Of a DNA stretch of 45,450 nucleotides, positions 44,890 through 45,450 are shown one piece after another. The notes under the pieces were generated by a model. The model saw only the letters and a program-made list of their open reading frames with translations. It made no database searches and was not told where the DNA came from. Position numbers and translations under genes: made by a program. The stretch comes from a virus (taxonomy: Duplodnaviria; Caudoviricetes), in IMG/VR virus record IMGVR_UViG_3300035130_000164, positions 1 through 45,450 of that record; one strand, written 5' to 3'. Numbering within the stretch: the stretch's first letter is position 1; each line of letters starts with the position of its first letter.

Positions 44890-45450
44890 TTATTTATCAA
44901 GCTTTTCCAACAATCTTAATCTACTGCACCGAGCTTTTCCATCAGTGTTATATGGTACAACAATATCAGACATATCATCCCATTCTATTAGGCATTCCCA
45001 TATATCATATTTTTTTTTCTCATATTCTTTTTTTATCCAGTTGATTGTTGCAAAACTAACACCGCATCCACACAGAGTAGTACGACACGGATTTACATTC
45101 TCTTCTATATATTTATTTTCTCTGATGTTCCATTTTGGGGATGGATTATAAAGCGTTTCTCCTATTGCCTTATATACAATTATTCCATTTTCGGTTTTTT
45201 CAAATTGTGATAGGAATTCTTTTTGATTCTTTATTCCATTTGCAAAATCCAGGTCTGTACCTCTCAGGTCTGCATAACTCAGGTCTGCATTGCTCAGGTC
45301 TGCATTGCTCAGGTCTGCATTGCTCAGGTTTGCACAACTCAGGTCTGTACCGTTCAGGTCTGCACCGTTCAGGTCTGCACCGTTCAGGTGTGCATTGCTC
45401 AGGTTTGCATTGCTCAGGTTTGCACAACTCAGGTCTGCATAATTCAGGTT
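44890..45450 (-). CDS. pentapeptide-repeat protein, partial (5' end outside window)
   Basis: Frame from 45450 reads NLNYA-DLSCA-NLSNA...DLRGT-DLDFA then IIVYK...CGCGVSF...PYNTDGKARC...EKLDK-stop. Confidence 0.85.
   Translation of the reverse strand, partial: NLNYADLSCANLSNANLSNAHLNGADLNGADLNGTDLSCANLSNADLSNADLSNADLSYADLRGTDLDFANGIKNQKEFLSQFEKTENGIIVYKAIGETLYNPSPKWNIRENKYIEENVNPCRTTLCGCGVSFATINWIKKEYEKKKYDIWECLIEWDDMSDIVVPYNTDGKARCSRLRLLEKLDK
45245..45450. repeat. 15-bp tandem coding repeat (about 13-14 units)
   Basis: tcaggt(c/t)tgca-type unit every 15 nt, encoding A[DN]Lxx pentapeptides. Confidence 0.9.

Noticed and set aside
45200-45427. CKPEQ/CRPER-repeat ORF from the track
   Set aside because: Shadow frame of the 15-bp pentapeptide repeat; the other minus frame continues into a folded domain
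1-45450. Complete circular genome or identifiable prophage boundaries
   Set aside because: Both ends cut through unrelated genes; no terminal repeat, integrase, repressor or att site is visible
1-45450. Alternative genetic code
   Set aside because: Long conserved genes translate intact and abut each other with standard stop codons

Overview
AT-rich segment of a tailed (siphovirus-like) phage or prophage with nearly all genes on the minus strand. Reading right to left: early/replication genes (pentapeptide-repeat protein, NinB-like, CHC2 zinc finger, YopX, replication initiator, PAPS-reductase family, DUF5131-like, RusA), terminase small and large subunits, portal, an intein-containing minor head protein, an accessory island, head genes (protease/scaffold, decoration, Mu gpT-like capsid), neck and tail genes, three radical SAM enzymes, a membrane LuxR-type regulator and a lysis cassette. 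Two features stand out. (1) A promoter-driven operon at about 28.2-30.1 kb in which a Ro60/TROVE gene is preceded by four Y-RNA-like modules; two are ~128-nt tRNA-shaped RNAs with open acceptor stems and the Y-like module in place of the anticodon loop. (2) A 360-aa intein whose central region is an HNH endonuclease gene on the opposite strand with its own promoter, with both frames open. Also notable: a dual-frame spanin-like gene pair sharing one Shine-Dalgarno site, a family of terminator leaders whose loops pair with upstream sequence, a TROVE/tail-fibre chimera, and a Maf-like gene inside the tail operon. All calls come from motif recognition by eye; no database searches were run.
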